Source: Mobula hypostoma (lineage: Eukaryota). Taken from it: a stretch of 64,000 nt of DNA. The translations under genes were made by a program, and so were the position numbers. The notes under the pieces are model-generated. The model ran no database searches. It saw nothing but the letters and a program-made list of their open reading frames with translations, and had not been told where the DNA came from. Below, in pieces: positions 24,190 through 37,167 of this stretch (its first letter is position 1; each line of letters begins with the position of its first letter). The stretch covers positions 248,001-312,000 of the forward strand of contig NC_086108.1 of the NCBI RefSeq assembly GCF_963921235.1, given 5' to 3'.

Positions 24190-26539
24190 TGAGCAATGAG
24201 GAAGGGTTAATTAGCAATCTTGTCGTGAGAGGCCCCTTGGGTAAGAGTGACCATAATATGGTGGAATTCTTCATTAAGGTGGAGAGTGACATAGTTAATT
24301 CAGAAACAAAGGTTCTGAACTTAAAGAAGGGTAACTTTGAAGGTATGAGACGTGAATTAGCTAAGATAGACTGGCAAATGACACTTAAATGGTTGACGAT
24401 GGATATGCAATGGCAAGCATTTAAAGATCGCATGGATGAACTACAATAATTGTTCATCCCAGTTTGGCAAAAGAATAAATGAAAGAAGGTAGTGCACCCG
24501 TGGCTGACAAGGGAAATTAGGGATAGTATCAATTCCAAAGAATAAGCATACAAATTAGCCAGAAAAAGTGGCTCACCTGAGGACTGGGAGAAATTCAGAG
24601 TTCAGCAGAGGAGGACAAAGGGCTTAATTAGGAAGGGGAAAAAAGATTATGAGAGAAAACTGGCAGGGAACATAAAAACTGACTGTAAAAGCTTTTATAG
24701 ATATGTGAAAAGAAAAAGATTGGTTAAGACAAATGTAGGTCCCCAACAGACAGAAACAGGTGAATTGATTATGGGGAGCAAGGACATGGCAGGCCAACTG
24801 AATAATTACTTTGGTTCTGTCTTCACTAAGGAGGACATAAATAATCTTCCGGAAATAGTAGGGGACAGAGGGTCCAGTGAGATGGAGGAACAGAGGGAAA
24901 TACATGTTAGTAGGGAAGTGGTGTTAGGTAAATTGAAGGGATTGAAGGCAGATAAATCCCCAGGGCCAGATGATCTGCATCCCAGAGTGCTTAAGGAAGT
25001 AGCCCAAGAAATAGTGGATGCATTAGTGATAATTTTTCAAAACTCTTTAGATTCTGGACTAGTTCCTGAGGATTGGAGGGTGGCTAATGTAACCCCACTT
25101 TTTAAAAAAGGAGGGAGAGAGATACCGGGGATTTATAGACCGGTTAGCCTAACATCGGTGGTGGGGAAACTGCTAGAGTCAGTTATCAAAGATGTGATAA
25201 CAGCACATTTGGAAAGCGGTGAAATCATCGGACAAAGTCAGCATGGATTTGTGAAAGGAAAATCATGTCTGACGAATCTCATAGAATTTTTTGAGGATGT
25301 AACTAGTAGAGTGGATGGGGAGAACCAGTGGATGTGGTATATTTGGATTTTCAAAAGGCTTTTGACAAGGTCCCACACAGGAGATTAGTGTGCTAACTTA
25401 AAGCACACGGTATTGGGGGTAAGGTATTGATGTAGATAGAGAATTGGTTAGCAGACAGGAAGCAAAGAGTGGGAAAAAACAGGACCTTGTCAGAATTGCA
25501 GGCGTGACTAGTGGGGTACCGCAAGGCTCAGTGCTGGGACCCCAGTTGTTTACAATATATATTAATGACTTGGATGAGGGAATTAAATGCAGCATCTCCA
25601 AGTTTGCGGATGACACGAAGCTGGGCGGCAGTGTTAGCTGTGAGGAGGATGCTGAGAGGATGCAGGGTGACTTGGATAGGTTGGGTGAGTGGGCAAATTC
25701 ATGGCAGATGCAATTTAATGTGGATAAATGTGAAGTTATCCACTTTGGTGGCAAAAACAGGAAAACAGATTATTATCTGAATGGTGGCGGATTAGGAAAA
25801 GGGGAGGTGCAACGAGACCTGGGTGTCATTATACACCAGTCATTGAAAGTGGGCATGCAGGTACAGCAGGCAGTGAAAAAGGCGAATGGTATGCTGGCAT
25901 TCATAGCAAGAGGATTCGAGTACAGGAGCAGGGAGGTACTACTGCAGTTGTACAAGGCCTTGGTGAGACCACACTTGGAGTATTGTGTGCAGTTTTGGTC
26001 CCCTAATCTGAGGAAAGACATTCTTGCCATAGAGGGAGTACAAAGAAGGTTCACCAGATTGATTCCTGGGATGGCAGGGCTTTCATATGATGAAAGACTG
26101 GATGAGCTAGGCTTATACTTGTTGGAATTTAGAAGATTGCGGGGGGATCTGATTGAAACGTATAAAATCCTAAAGGGATTAGACAGACTAGATGCAGGAA
26201 GATTGTTCCCGATGTTGGGGAAGTCCAGAACGAGGGGTCACAGTTTGAGGATAAAGGGGAAGCCTTTTAGGACCTTGATTAGGAAAAACTTCTTCACACA
26301 GAGAGTGGTGAATCTGTGGAATTCTCTGCCACAGGAAACAATTGAGGCCAGTTCATTGGCTATATTTAAGAGGGAGTTAGATATGGCCCTTGTGGCTAAA
26401 GGGATCGGGGGTATGGAGGGAAGGCTGGTGCAGGGTTCTGAGTTGGATGATCAGCCATGATCATACTGAATGGCGGTGCAGGCTCGAAGGGCCGAATGGC
26501 CTACTCCTGCACCTATTTTCTATGTTTCTATGTTTCTAT
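24190..26539 (+). mobile_element. 5'-truncated CR1 LINE (end of APE, RT, 3' UTR with TATGTTTC tail)
   Basis: ORFs 24705-25388 and 25444-26460 carry KSPGPD, YRPVSLTS, QHGF, GVPQGSVLGP and FADD. GGAAT is duplicated at both ends. Confidence 0.95.
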
Positions 26540-26805
26540 GGAATGGTGTGGTGGGACTTGTTAGGCAAAGAGATGGCGTGGTGGGACTTGTTAGGCAAAG
26601 GGATGGCGTGGTGGGACTTGTTAGGCAAAGAGATGGCGTGGTGGGACTTGTTAGGCAAAGAGATGGTGTGGTGGGACTTGTTAGGCAAAGAGATGGCGTG
26701 GTGGGACTTGTTAGGCAAAGAGATGGCGTGGTGGGACTTGTTAGGCAAAGGGATGGCGTGGTGAGACTTGTTGGGCAAAGAGATGGCCCGGTGGGACTTG
26801 TGGCC
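26540..26805. repeat. 30-bp minisatellite, right arm (~8-9 copies)
   Basis: Same unit as 23789-24189. Confidence 0.95.
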
Positions 26806-27944
26806 TCCAGTTAAATTGACAGCAACAAAAGAGAGTTAATTTAAAATAAGTCTCTGCAATCAGCAGCAAATATAATTCAGCCATGTCTCCTGACTAAAAG
26901 CAGTGAGTGAAGGAGAGCTGAACAAGGTACAGAGGGAATGGATCTTTGATGTAGAAGGGAAAGCTTGGGGTCCAAGTTCATAACTCCCTGCAAATGGCCA
27001 TGCAGATAGGTAGGGTGGTCAAGAGGGTGTACAGGTCTTTGCCTTCTTGGTTGTACACTCAGTACCCAAGTAAAGACGACATTTCACAGCTGTATAAAGC
27101 TTCAGTCAGCCTCCATTTGGAGGGTTGTTGCAGTCTGGTCACCCTATTGCAGGAAGGATATGGAGGCTAAGACTGCAGGAGCATAAGACACAGGTGCAGA
27201 ATTAGGCCATTTGGCTCATCGAGTCCGCTCCGCATTCCATCATGGCTGATCGATTATCCCTCCCAAACCCACTCTCCAGCCTTCTCCCGAAAACCTTTGA
27301 CGCTCTGACTAATCAAGAACTTATCAGCCTCCACCAGTGGTTTGTCCTCCACAGTCATCTGTGGCAATGAATTCCACATGTTCACCACCTTCTGGCTAAA
27401 GAAATTCCTCCTCATCCCTGTTCTAAGGGGACGTCCTTGTACTCTGAGGTCTTGAACTCTCCCACGATTCTCCTCTAGGGGAGAAAGTGGTCCAGGGACT
27501 GACTTACACAGGCGTGGGGACATTTGATTGGATTTTGAGGACGGGTAACTAGACCACAGACAGGGGCTTGGCCTCCACAGCTGTCTGTGGCAACAAACTC
27601 CGCTGATTCACCACGCTAGCTGTAGCTCAGGAGTTACCAACCTGTTTTATGCCATTGACCCCTACCGTTAACCAAGGGATCCGTCGACCACAGAATGGGA
27701 ATCCCTACAAGACTAGCTGAGAAATTCTTTCTCGTATCCGTTGAAAATGGACGTCTCTCTATTTTGAGGCTGTGCCCTTTGGTCTGAGACTCACTTGAGA
27801 GAGGATGCAGAAAAGGTTGGCCAGGATGCTGCCTGACTGAGAGAGTATAAATCTCTTTTGTCTCTACATTGAGGTTGAGCAAGATTGGGAATTTTTTTTC
27901 TTGGGAGTGCAGGAGGCCGAGGGAAGTTTATAGACGTTGGACAA

Positions 27945-28592
27945 GACTAGATTATGAGGACACTCAGTCCGCATTTATTGTCATTTAGAAATGATTCAAT
28001 GTTCCTCCAGTAGAATATCACAGAAACACAGGACAGACCAAGACCAAAAGGGACACAAACCACATAATTATAACATAAAGTTACAACAGTGTAAAGGAAT
28101 ACCGTAATTTGACAAAGAGCAGACCATGAGCATGGTTAAAAAAGTCTCAGAGTCCCAATAGCCCCAACATCTCACGCAGACGGTAGAAGGGAGAGACTCT
28201 CCCTACCATGAGCCTCCAGCGTTGCAAACTTGCCGAAGCAGCATCTTGGAAGCACCCGACCACAGCCGACTCTGAGTCCGTCCGAAAACTTCGAGCCTCT
28301 GACCAGCCCTCCGGCACTGAGCACCATCTCTGCCGAGCGCTTCGACCCCGCCCTGGCCGCCGAGCAACGCGCAAAGCCGAGGATTCGGGGCCTTCTCCTC
28401 CGGAGATTTCGGATCACACAGTAGCAGAGGCAGCGAAACAGGCATTTCAGAAGTTTCACCAGATGTTCCACTGTGCTCTCACGTCCTTCTCCATCAAATC
28501 AGAATTGTGCACGGCACCCTACTTGACAGATAACAGATATTCATCACCGGAGTGGCCGCTGTGCGCTGTGTCGCGCCGTCATCTTCTCCTCT
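27945..28592 (-). mobile_element. CpG-rich, probably young non-autonomous retroposon (unclassified)
   Basis: Reverse complement starts AGGAGAAGATGACGGCGCGAC and ends AATAAATGCGGACTGAG...TAATCTAGTC. High CpG content relative to flanks; no recognisable protein. Confidence 0.45.
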
Positions 28593-29368
28593 GCAATTGG
28601 GTTATTTTATCTGGAGTGCAGGAGGATGAGGAAAGTTTATAAAGGTTGGACAAGTTTGGGTTCTTAAAGGAGAGTTTAACCTGTCAAATCTCACTCATTT
28701 TTGCCAGAATGTGTGTCGATATTTGTCCCTGCTCATCCTTTGTTTTGCCAATGCAAATGACACATTTCACTGTATGTTTTGACGTACCTGTGACGTATCC
28801 GTGAATCTGAACTTTTAACAGTGAAATCAGCAAATCTGGTTGATGGAGGGTTTACAGAAACGTAAACCACAGTGGACAGTAGTGATGGCTGGAGTTGAGT
28901 AGTGTGGAAGAGAACAGGGGTGCAGCAGACGTGCTGGAATCCGTGCTGGTCTGGGCTGGCTGGTTGCTCCTGTCGGTGCTGTCCTCCAGTGTCCACTCCA
29001 TGGAATACAAGCTTGATTGCTTGCGGCGGACCCAGCACGAGACAAGCTCATTTGTCCTCGCCTGCTGAACCGGGGCAAGTTGAGGAACTGCTGCGTACTT
29101 ATTCCTGACTCTAGGCCAACATCCCAAGCACCCCATCAAACTTCAGGCCTGTGCTATAATTTTTGGTGACTGTATGTCCTATCATAACTGTATGTACTAT
29201 GTGTGTCTTTGTGTGCTTGTGCTTTGCAACTTTGGCCCCAGAGAAATGCTGTTTCATTTGGCAGCATACATGTGTACGGTTGGATGAGAATTAACTTTGA
29301 GCTCAACCTCGAACTTAAAGACCTTATGACCTTCTTCTCTCAGTACTAATGAGTGCTTCTCGCTGCAG

Positions 29369-29525
29369 ATATTTTGATTTTGCGGCCTACTATAAAGCCG
29401 GGAAACCCAAGACCTTCATCTGCAAGCCAGATCCTGACTATGACTGGCGCGGCATCTTTTTGACCCAGGACATCAGAGATATGCAGTGCGGGGAGGACGT
29501 GATCTGCCAGGTCTACATTCCGAAG
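29369..29525 (+). CDS. TTLL6/TTLL13-like: TTLL6/13-like exon: YFDFAAYYKAGKPKTFICKPDPDYDWRGIFLTQDIRDMQCGEDVICQVYIPK
   Basis: ttctcgctgcag / gtactt, 157 nt. Homologous to KTYICKPDSGCQG(K/R)GIF.....GEDMICQ.YISK. Confidence 0.93.
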
Positions 29526-30489
29526 GTACTTTACTGCACTCTTGACTCTCTGCCTAGAACGTAAACTCTTTATCTGCATTCTGGTTTCCCTCTGACCCCT
29601 TCTCTTCTCCTCCTCCTTCCCTCTCTCCCACGGTCCACTGTCCCCTTCTATCAGATTCCTCCTTCTTCAGCACCTTGCCTCTTCCACCTATCACCTCCCA
29701 GCTTCTTACTTCATTCCCTATCCCCACCCACCTTTCTCCTCACCTGGTCTCACCAATTGAGCTTGTGGCAGGTTCCCCTTGCACCCCTTCTCTTCTCCTC
29801 CCCTCCCTCTGGAGCCCCTTCTTCCCTTTCTTCCGTAACCAACGGGAGTTGTTATCTTGTTATTTCATCTTCTCAGTATTTATTGCTATTGATTTATATT
29901 TGCATTTCCACAGTTTGTTGTCTTCTGCACTCTAGTTGACCTTTCACTGATCCTGTTATAGTTACTCTTCGATAGATTTGCTGAAGATTAATCTCAGGGT
30001 TGTACATGGTGACGTACACGTACTTTGATAATAAAATTTACTTTGAACTTTGAACATAGACCACTCTCCTCTCTTATTATATTCCTCCTTCAGCCCTTTC
30101 CATTTTGCACCTAACTCCTTTTGGCCTCTGATCATCCACACCCACCTACCTTCCCCCCGCCCCACCTCACCTGGCTTCACCTAGCACCTGCCACGTTCTC
30201 CTCCCCCTCCCAACCCACCTTCTTATTCTGGCTTCTTGACCCCTTTCTTTCCTGTCCTGGTGAAGGGCCTCAGATCAAAACATCACCTATTTATTCTTTT
30301 CCTTCGATGCTGCCCGACCTGCTGAGTTGCTCCAGCATTGTGTGTGTGTCTGAATTTCCAGCATCTGCTGAACCTCTTGTGTTTATGATTTACTGCACTC
30401 TTTCCTGCTGAGTATAGGCTGTCATAGAGGTGGATCCTAAAATAGACTTTGCTTTATTCGTTATGTTCTGCGTCATATGACGTGGACAA

Positions 30490-32497
30490 TAGTCATAGTC
30501 ATACTTTATTGATCTGGGGGGAAATTGGTTTTCGTTACAGTTGCACCATAAATAATTAAATAGTAATATCTAAATTATGCCAGTAAATAAGTCCAGGACC
30601 AGCCTATTGGCTCAGGGTGTCTGACCCTCCAAGGGAGAAGTTGTAAAGTTTGATGGCCACAGGCAGGAATGACTTCCTGTGACGCTCTGTGTTGCATCTC
30701 GGTGGAATGAGTCTCTGGCTGAATGTACTCCTGTGCCCACCCAGTACAGTATGTAGTGGATGGGAGACATTGTCCAAGATGGCATGCAACTTGGACAGCA
30801 TCCTCTTTTCAGACACCACCGTCAGAGAGTACAGTTCCATCCCCACAACATCACTGGCCTTATGAATGAGTTTGTTGATTCTGTTGGTGTCTGCTACCCT
30901 CAGCCTGCTGCCCCAGCACACAACAGCAAACATGATCGCACTGACCACCACAGAATCGTAGAACAGTCCTCAGCATCGTCCGGCAGATGTTAAAGGACCT
31001 CAGTCTCCTCAGAAAGTAGAGACGGCTCTGATCCTTCTTGTAGACAGCCTCAGTGTTCTTTGACCAGTCCAGTTTATTGTCAATTCGTATCCCCAGGTAT
31101 TTGTAATCCTCCACCATGTCGACACTGACCCCCTGGATGGAAACAGGGGTCACCGGTACCTTAGCTCTCCTCAGGTCTACCACCAGCTCCTTAGTCTTTT
31201 TCACATTAAGCTGCAGATAATTCTGCTCACACCATGTGACAAAGTTTCCTACCGTAGCCCTGTACTCAGCCTCATCTCCCTTGCTGATGCATCCAACTAT
31301 GGCAGAGTCATCCGAAAACTTCTGAAGATGACAAGACTCTGTGCAGTAGTTGAAGTCCAAGGTGTAAATGGTGAAGAGAAAGGGAGACAAGACAGTCCCC
31401 TGTGGAGCCCCAGTGCTGCTGATCACTCTGTCGGACACACAGTGTTGCAAGCACACGTACTGTGGTCTGCCAGTCAGGTAATCAAGAATCCATGATACCA
31501 GGAAAGCATCCACCTGCATCGCTGTCAGCTTCTCCCCCAGCAGAGCAGGGCGGATGGTGTTGAACGCACTGGAGAAGTCAAAAAACATGACCCTCACAGT
31601 GCTCGCTGGCTTGTCCAGGTGGGCGTAGACACGGTTCAGCAGGTAGACGATGGCATCCTCAACTCCTAGTCGGGGCTGGTAGGCGAACTGGAGGGGATCT
31701 AAGTGTGGCCTGGCCATAGGCAGGAGCAGCTCCAGAACAAGTCTCTCCAGGGTCTTCATGATGTGGGAGGTCAATGCCACCGGTCTGTAGTCATTGAGGC
31801 CGCTGGGGCGCGGCGTCTTCGGCACAGGGACGAGGCAGGACGTCTTCCACAGCACAGGAACCCTCCGGAGCCTCAGGCTCAGGTTGAAGACATGGCGAAG
31901 TACTCCACATAGCTGAGGGGCACAGGCTTTGAGCACCCTGGTACTGACACCATCCGGTCCTGCAGCCTTGCTTGGGTTGAGACGTTTCAGCTGTCTTCTC
32001 ACCTGTTCAGCTGTGAAGCCCACCATGGTGGTTTCGTGTGGGGAAGGGGTATAGTCATGAGAGCAGGGTAGGGGGCTATGAGGAGGGGTAGGAGGGGAGA
32101 GTGGAATATGTGTTGGTTGGGGGCCAACAACAGATGAATCATGTGGGGGATGGGCAGGGGCCACAATGTCAAATCTGTTAAAGAACAGGTTAAGTTCATT
32201 GGCCGTGTCCACGCTGCCTTCAGCTCCTCTGTTGCTAGTTTGCCGGAACCCAGTGATGGTCCTCGTCCCACTCCAGACCTCTCTCATGTTGTTCTGCTGG
32301 AGTTTCAGCTCAAGCTTCCTCCTATACCTGTCTTTAGCCTCCCTGATCCTGGCTTTCAGGTCCCTCTGTATTGCCCTCAGCTCCTCCCTATATCCATCAC
32401 TAAACACCCTCTTTTTAGCGTTCAGGATGTCCTTAATGTCCTTTGTCACCCATGGCTTGTTATTTGAATAACAAAGGACAGTTCTTGTCGGAACATT
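30490..32497 (-). mobile_element. 5'-truncated Rex1/Babar LINE with near-intact RT, inserted in a family A SINE
   Basis: ORF 30860-32707 has NNKPW, KAAGPDG, DYRPVALTS, DPLQFAY, FFDFSSAFNTI, GAPQGTVLSP, FSDDS and YKYLG. (GACTAT)n tail at ~30490-30505. Confidence 0.95.
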
Positions 32498-33093
32498 GCA
32501 GTCCTTCCATGACCATGATTGTTCTTGGCCAATTTTTCCACAGAAGTGGTTTGCCATCGCCCTGTTCTGGGTAGGGGTGGGTGACCCCCAGCCATTATCA
32601 ATACTATTCGGAGATTGTCTGCCTGGCACCAGTGATCGCATAACCAGGACTTGTGAGCTGCACCGGCTGCTCATACGACCATCCACCCCCTGCTTCCACG
32701 GCTTCACGTGACCCTGATCCAGGAGCTAAGCAGGTGATACACCTTGCCCAAGGGTGACCTGCAGACCTTACATCTCCTTTGGTGGAGACCTATCCCACCC
32801 CATTCCTCAACCAAGATAATGGAAATTTTATTACTGCTCTGGTGGTAATTTTGTGTTTGGACTGGGTATCCACAGCATTCTGTCACTGTGAATGATAGGC
32901 TGGTGGGAATGGTGGAAATTTGGGTAAGAAGTTAATCGGGGGATTTGAAGATGTGTGGTTTGAGTGGGATAGTGGGGGGCATAATTCATGAATGGAATAA
33001 GGACTTGAGGGATAGGCTGGGCAGGAATTTCCATTAGCAAATCCCTTTTGTGATTGTCGAGCCAACTTCACATGCTAAAGTGATTACGCATTG

Positions 33094-35647
33094 GAAAACC
33101 ATAGAAAACTACAGCACAGAAACAGGCCTTTTGACCCTTCTTGGCTATGCCGAACCATTTTCTGCCTAGTCCCACTGACCTGCACACGGACCATATCCCT
33201 CCATACACCTCCCATCCATGTATCTGTCCAATTTATTCTTAAATGTTAAAAAAGAACCCGCATTTACCACCTCATCTGGCAGCTCATTCCATACTCCCAC
33301 CACTCTCTGTGTGAAGAAGCCCCCCCCTAATGTTCTCTTTAAACTTTTCCCCCCTCACCCTTAACCCATGTCCTCTGGTTTCTTTCTCCCCTTGCCTCAG
33401 TGGAAAAAGCCTGCTTGCATTCACTCTATCTATACCCATCATAATTTTATATACCTCTATCAAATCTCCCCTCATTCTTCTACGCTTCAGGGAATAAAGT
33501 CCTAACCCATTCAACCTTTCTCTGTAACTCAGTTTCTCAAGTCCTGGCAACATCCTTGTAAACCTTCTCTGCACTCTTTCAACCTTATTAATATCCTTCC
33601 TGTAATTTGGTGACCAAAACTGAACACAATACTCCAGATTCGGCCTCACCAATGCCTTATACAACCTCATCATAACATTCCAGCTCTTATACTCAATACT
33701 TTGATTAATAAAGGCCAATGTACCAAAAGCTCTCTTTACGACCCTATCTACCTGTGATGCCACTTTTAGGGAATTTTGTATCTGTATTCCCAGATCCCTC
33801 TGTTCTACTGTACTCCTCAGTGCCTTACCATTAACCCTGTATGTTCTACGTTGGTTTGTCCTTCCAACATGCAATACCTCACACTTGTCTGTATTAAACT
33901 CCATCTGCCATTTTTCAGCCCATTTTTCCAGCTGGTCCAAGTCCCTCTGCAGGCTCTGAAAACCTTCCTCACTGTCTACTCCATCTCCAATCTTTGTATC
34001 ATCAGCAAATTTGCTGATCCAATTTACCACATTATCATCCAGATCACTGATATAGATGACAAATAACAATGGACCCAGCACTGATCCCTGTGGCACACCA
34101 CTAGTCACAGTCCTCCACTCGGAGAAGCAATTCTCTACTACCACTCTTTGGCTTCTTCCACTGAGCCAATGTCTAATCCAATTTACCGCCTCTCCATGTA
34201 TACCTAGCGACTGAATTTTCCTAACTAACCTCCCATGTGGGACCTTGTCAAAGGCCTTACTGAAGTCCATGTAGACAATATCCACTGCCTTCCCTTCATC
34301 CACTCTCCTGGTAACCTCCTCGAAAAACTCCAGTAGATTGGTTAAACATGACCTACCACGCACAAAGCCATGTTGACTCTCCCTAATAAGTCCCTGTCTA
34401 TCCAAATGCTTGTAGATTCTGTCTCTTAGTACTCCCTCCAATAACTTAGCTACTACCGACGTTAAACTTACCGGCCTGTAATTTCCCGGATTACTTTTCG
34501 ATCCTTTTTTAAACAACGGAACAACATGAGCCACTCTCCAATCCTCCGGCACCTCACCCGTAGACAGCGACATTTTAAATATTTCTGCCAGGGCCCCCGC
34601 AATTTCAACACTAGTCTCCTTCAAGGTCCGCGGGAACACCCTGTCAGGTCCCAGGGATTTATCCACTTTAATTTTCCTCAAGACAGCAAGCACCTCCTCC
34701 CTTTCAATCTGTACAGTTTCCATGATCTCAGTACTTGATTCCCTTAATTCCATAGACTTTATGCCAGTTTCCTTAGTAATACAGACGCAAAAAACCTATT
34801 TAAGATCTCCCCCATTTCCTTTGGTTCCGCATGTAGCTGACCACTCTGATCTTCAAGAGGACCAATTTTATCCCTTACAATCCTTTTGCTCTTAATATAC
34901 CTGTAAAAGCTCTTTGGATTATCCTTCACTTTGACTGCCAAGGCAACCTCATGTCTTCTTTTAGCCCTCCTGATTACTTTCTTAAGTATTTTCTTGCACT
35001 TCTTATACTCCTCAAGCACCTGATTTACTCCCTGTTTCCTATACATTTCATACAACTCCCTCTTCTTTTTTATCAGAGTTGCAATATCCCTTGAGAACCA
35101 AGGTTCCTTAGTCCTATTCACTTTGCCTTTAATCCTGACAGGAACATACAAATTCTGCAATCTCAAAATTTCTCCTTTGAAGGCCTCCCACCTACCGATC
35201 ACATCTTTACCAGAGAGCAACCGGTCCCAATCCATGCTTTTTAGATCCCTTCTCATTTCTTCAAATTTGGCCTTCTTCCAGTTCAGAACCTCAACCCTAG
35301 GACCAGATCTATCCTTGTCCATGATCAAATTGAAACTAGTGGTGTTATGATCACTGGAACCAAAGTGCTCCCCTACACAGACTTCTGTCACTTGTCCTAA
35401 CTCGTTTCCTAACAGGAGATCCAATATTGCATCCCCTCTAGTTGGTCCCTCTATATATTGATTTAGAAAACTTTCCTGAACACATTTTAAACCATCTAAA
35501 CCATCTAGACCCCTAACAGTATGGGTGTCCCAATCAATAAATGGAACATTAAAATCCCCTACCACCACAACTTTATGTTTCCTGCAGTTGCCTGCTATCT
35601 CTCTGCAGATTTGCTCTTCCAAGTCTCGTTGACTATTTGGTGGTCTG
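33094..35647 (-). mobile_element. 5'-truncated young CR1 LINE (partial APE + RT)
   Basis: ORFs 34759-35622 and 33284-34753 (489 aa, all RT motifs including YMDFSKAFDKVPH, PQGSVLGP, FADD), separated by one frameshift. Confidence 0.96.
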
Positions 35648-36389
35648 AGTGGGATTGATCAGAGAGAATTTTGAGCGTTTTTGCGTCGAGGGCTGGAGTA
35701 GGGGTAAGTCCAAAGGAAAGAACCAGGTGCAGATAAACACAAGAGTTTCTGCAGGTGCTGAAAATGCAGAGTAACATATCCAAAATGCTGGGGGAAGTTA
35801 GCAGGTCAGGCAGCATCTGTGCAGAGGAAAAAAGAGTCGACGTTTCAGCCCAAGACCCTTCATCTGGAATGCAGACACACATTTCAAAAATTAGTTACCG
35901 ATGCGGATGGCGACCGAGGGTTCAGCACCAGATACCTGCGTTCTGATCACTGATGGGATCCCTCTGCCTCCAGGGAAGGAGCCTGTGGCAGCCTGTCGCT
36001 GTGTGGCGACTCAGGTGGCCAGAGGGTCGGCCTCTACAGTGTCTCTTTCTCTCTTGACAATGGATTTTATATTCTGGGTTTTTCCCCATTCTTTCCTGTT
36101 TTTTATTTGAGTGGGCAGAGGGTGGGGGGATTTGGGGGTTGATGTTCTGTGTTTTGTGCAGGGGAAGGGGAATTTGGGGGGGTTGATGATTGTGTTGCTG
36201 TTCTTTTTTCTATGTGGGGGGTGGGTGCATGGGTTTGATGTTTCTCTTTCAACGACCTCCATATTTTTTCCTTTGTTCGGTGGCTATCTGGAGAAGATGA
36301 ATCTCAGAGTTGTACACTGCATACATACTTTGATAATAAGTGACACCTTTGAACCTCACAGTGTGTTAACTCTTCCTCTACTTGTGCAG

Positions 36390-36533
36390 CCCTTCACTTT
36401 GGATGGTTTCAAGTTTAACCTCAGGCTCTACGTCTTGGTTACTTCCTGTGACCCTCTGCGGATATACCTCTACAATGAGGGCCTGGTCTGCTTTGCCACT
36501 AAAAAGTATTCCGAACCGACCGAAAATAATTTA
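36390..36533 (+). CDS. TTLL6/TTLL13-like: TTLL6/13-like exon: PFTLDGFKFNLRLYVLVTSCDPLRIYLYNEGLVCFATKKYSEPTENNL
   Basis: ctacttgtgcag / gtaagt, 144 nt. Hallmark TTLL segment DGFKFDLR.YVLVTSCDPLR...Y.EGL.RFAT. Confidence 0.96.
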
Positions 36534-37167
36534 GTAAGTGACACATTGACTTATCTTTAACACATACAGTTAATTCTCTGAAAGTACGATCCTACTTTGA
36601 TAAGAGGTTAATTCTTGCCTAGCTCACTGTTGTATGGAAGTAATCGACTCGGGTGGGATCTTGCTGTTACGTTCCCAACCCCAGCCAAAAGCTGACTACT
36701 CTGTCTGGGGGGGCGGGGAGTGGGAGGTTGGTGTGGTTACAGAAGCATCTCCTAACGAGTCTAGTTCGCAAAGTTTACAAGACAAGGTCAGGAAAAGCCC
36801 TCCCCACCATTGAACACATCTACAATGAGCGCTGCCATAAGAAAGCAGCAACTATCATCAGGGATACCCACCATCCAGACCATGCTCTCTTCTCATCAGG
36901 AAGAAGGCACAAGAGCCGTAGATCTGTCACCATAAGTTTCAGGAACAGTTATCACCCTACAACCATCAGGCTCCTGAACCAGTGTGGATAACTTCACTCA
37001 GTTCAACACTGAACTGGTTCCACAACCTATGGACTAACTTTCAAGGGCTCTACAACTCATGTCCTCAATGCTTCTGTCTGTCTTTATGTATTTGTGCAGT
37101 TGGTCTTCTCTTGTACGTCGGTTATTTGGCCGTGTCTGTGTGTTGTTTTTCATCAGTTCTATTGTAT

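Noticed and set aside
23680..26814. Repetitive ORFs (VGLVRQRDG)n and a possible CRISPR-like array
   Set aside because: Head-to-tail 30-bp minisatellite with no unique spacers, no cas genes and a eukaryotic context.
32498..32707. N-terminal ~70 aa of the 615-aa Rex1 ORF as a novel domain fusion
   Set aside because: It is read-through from the flanking family A SINE into a 5'-truncated LINE.
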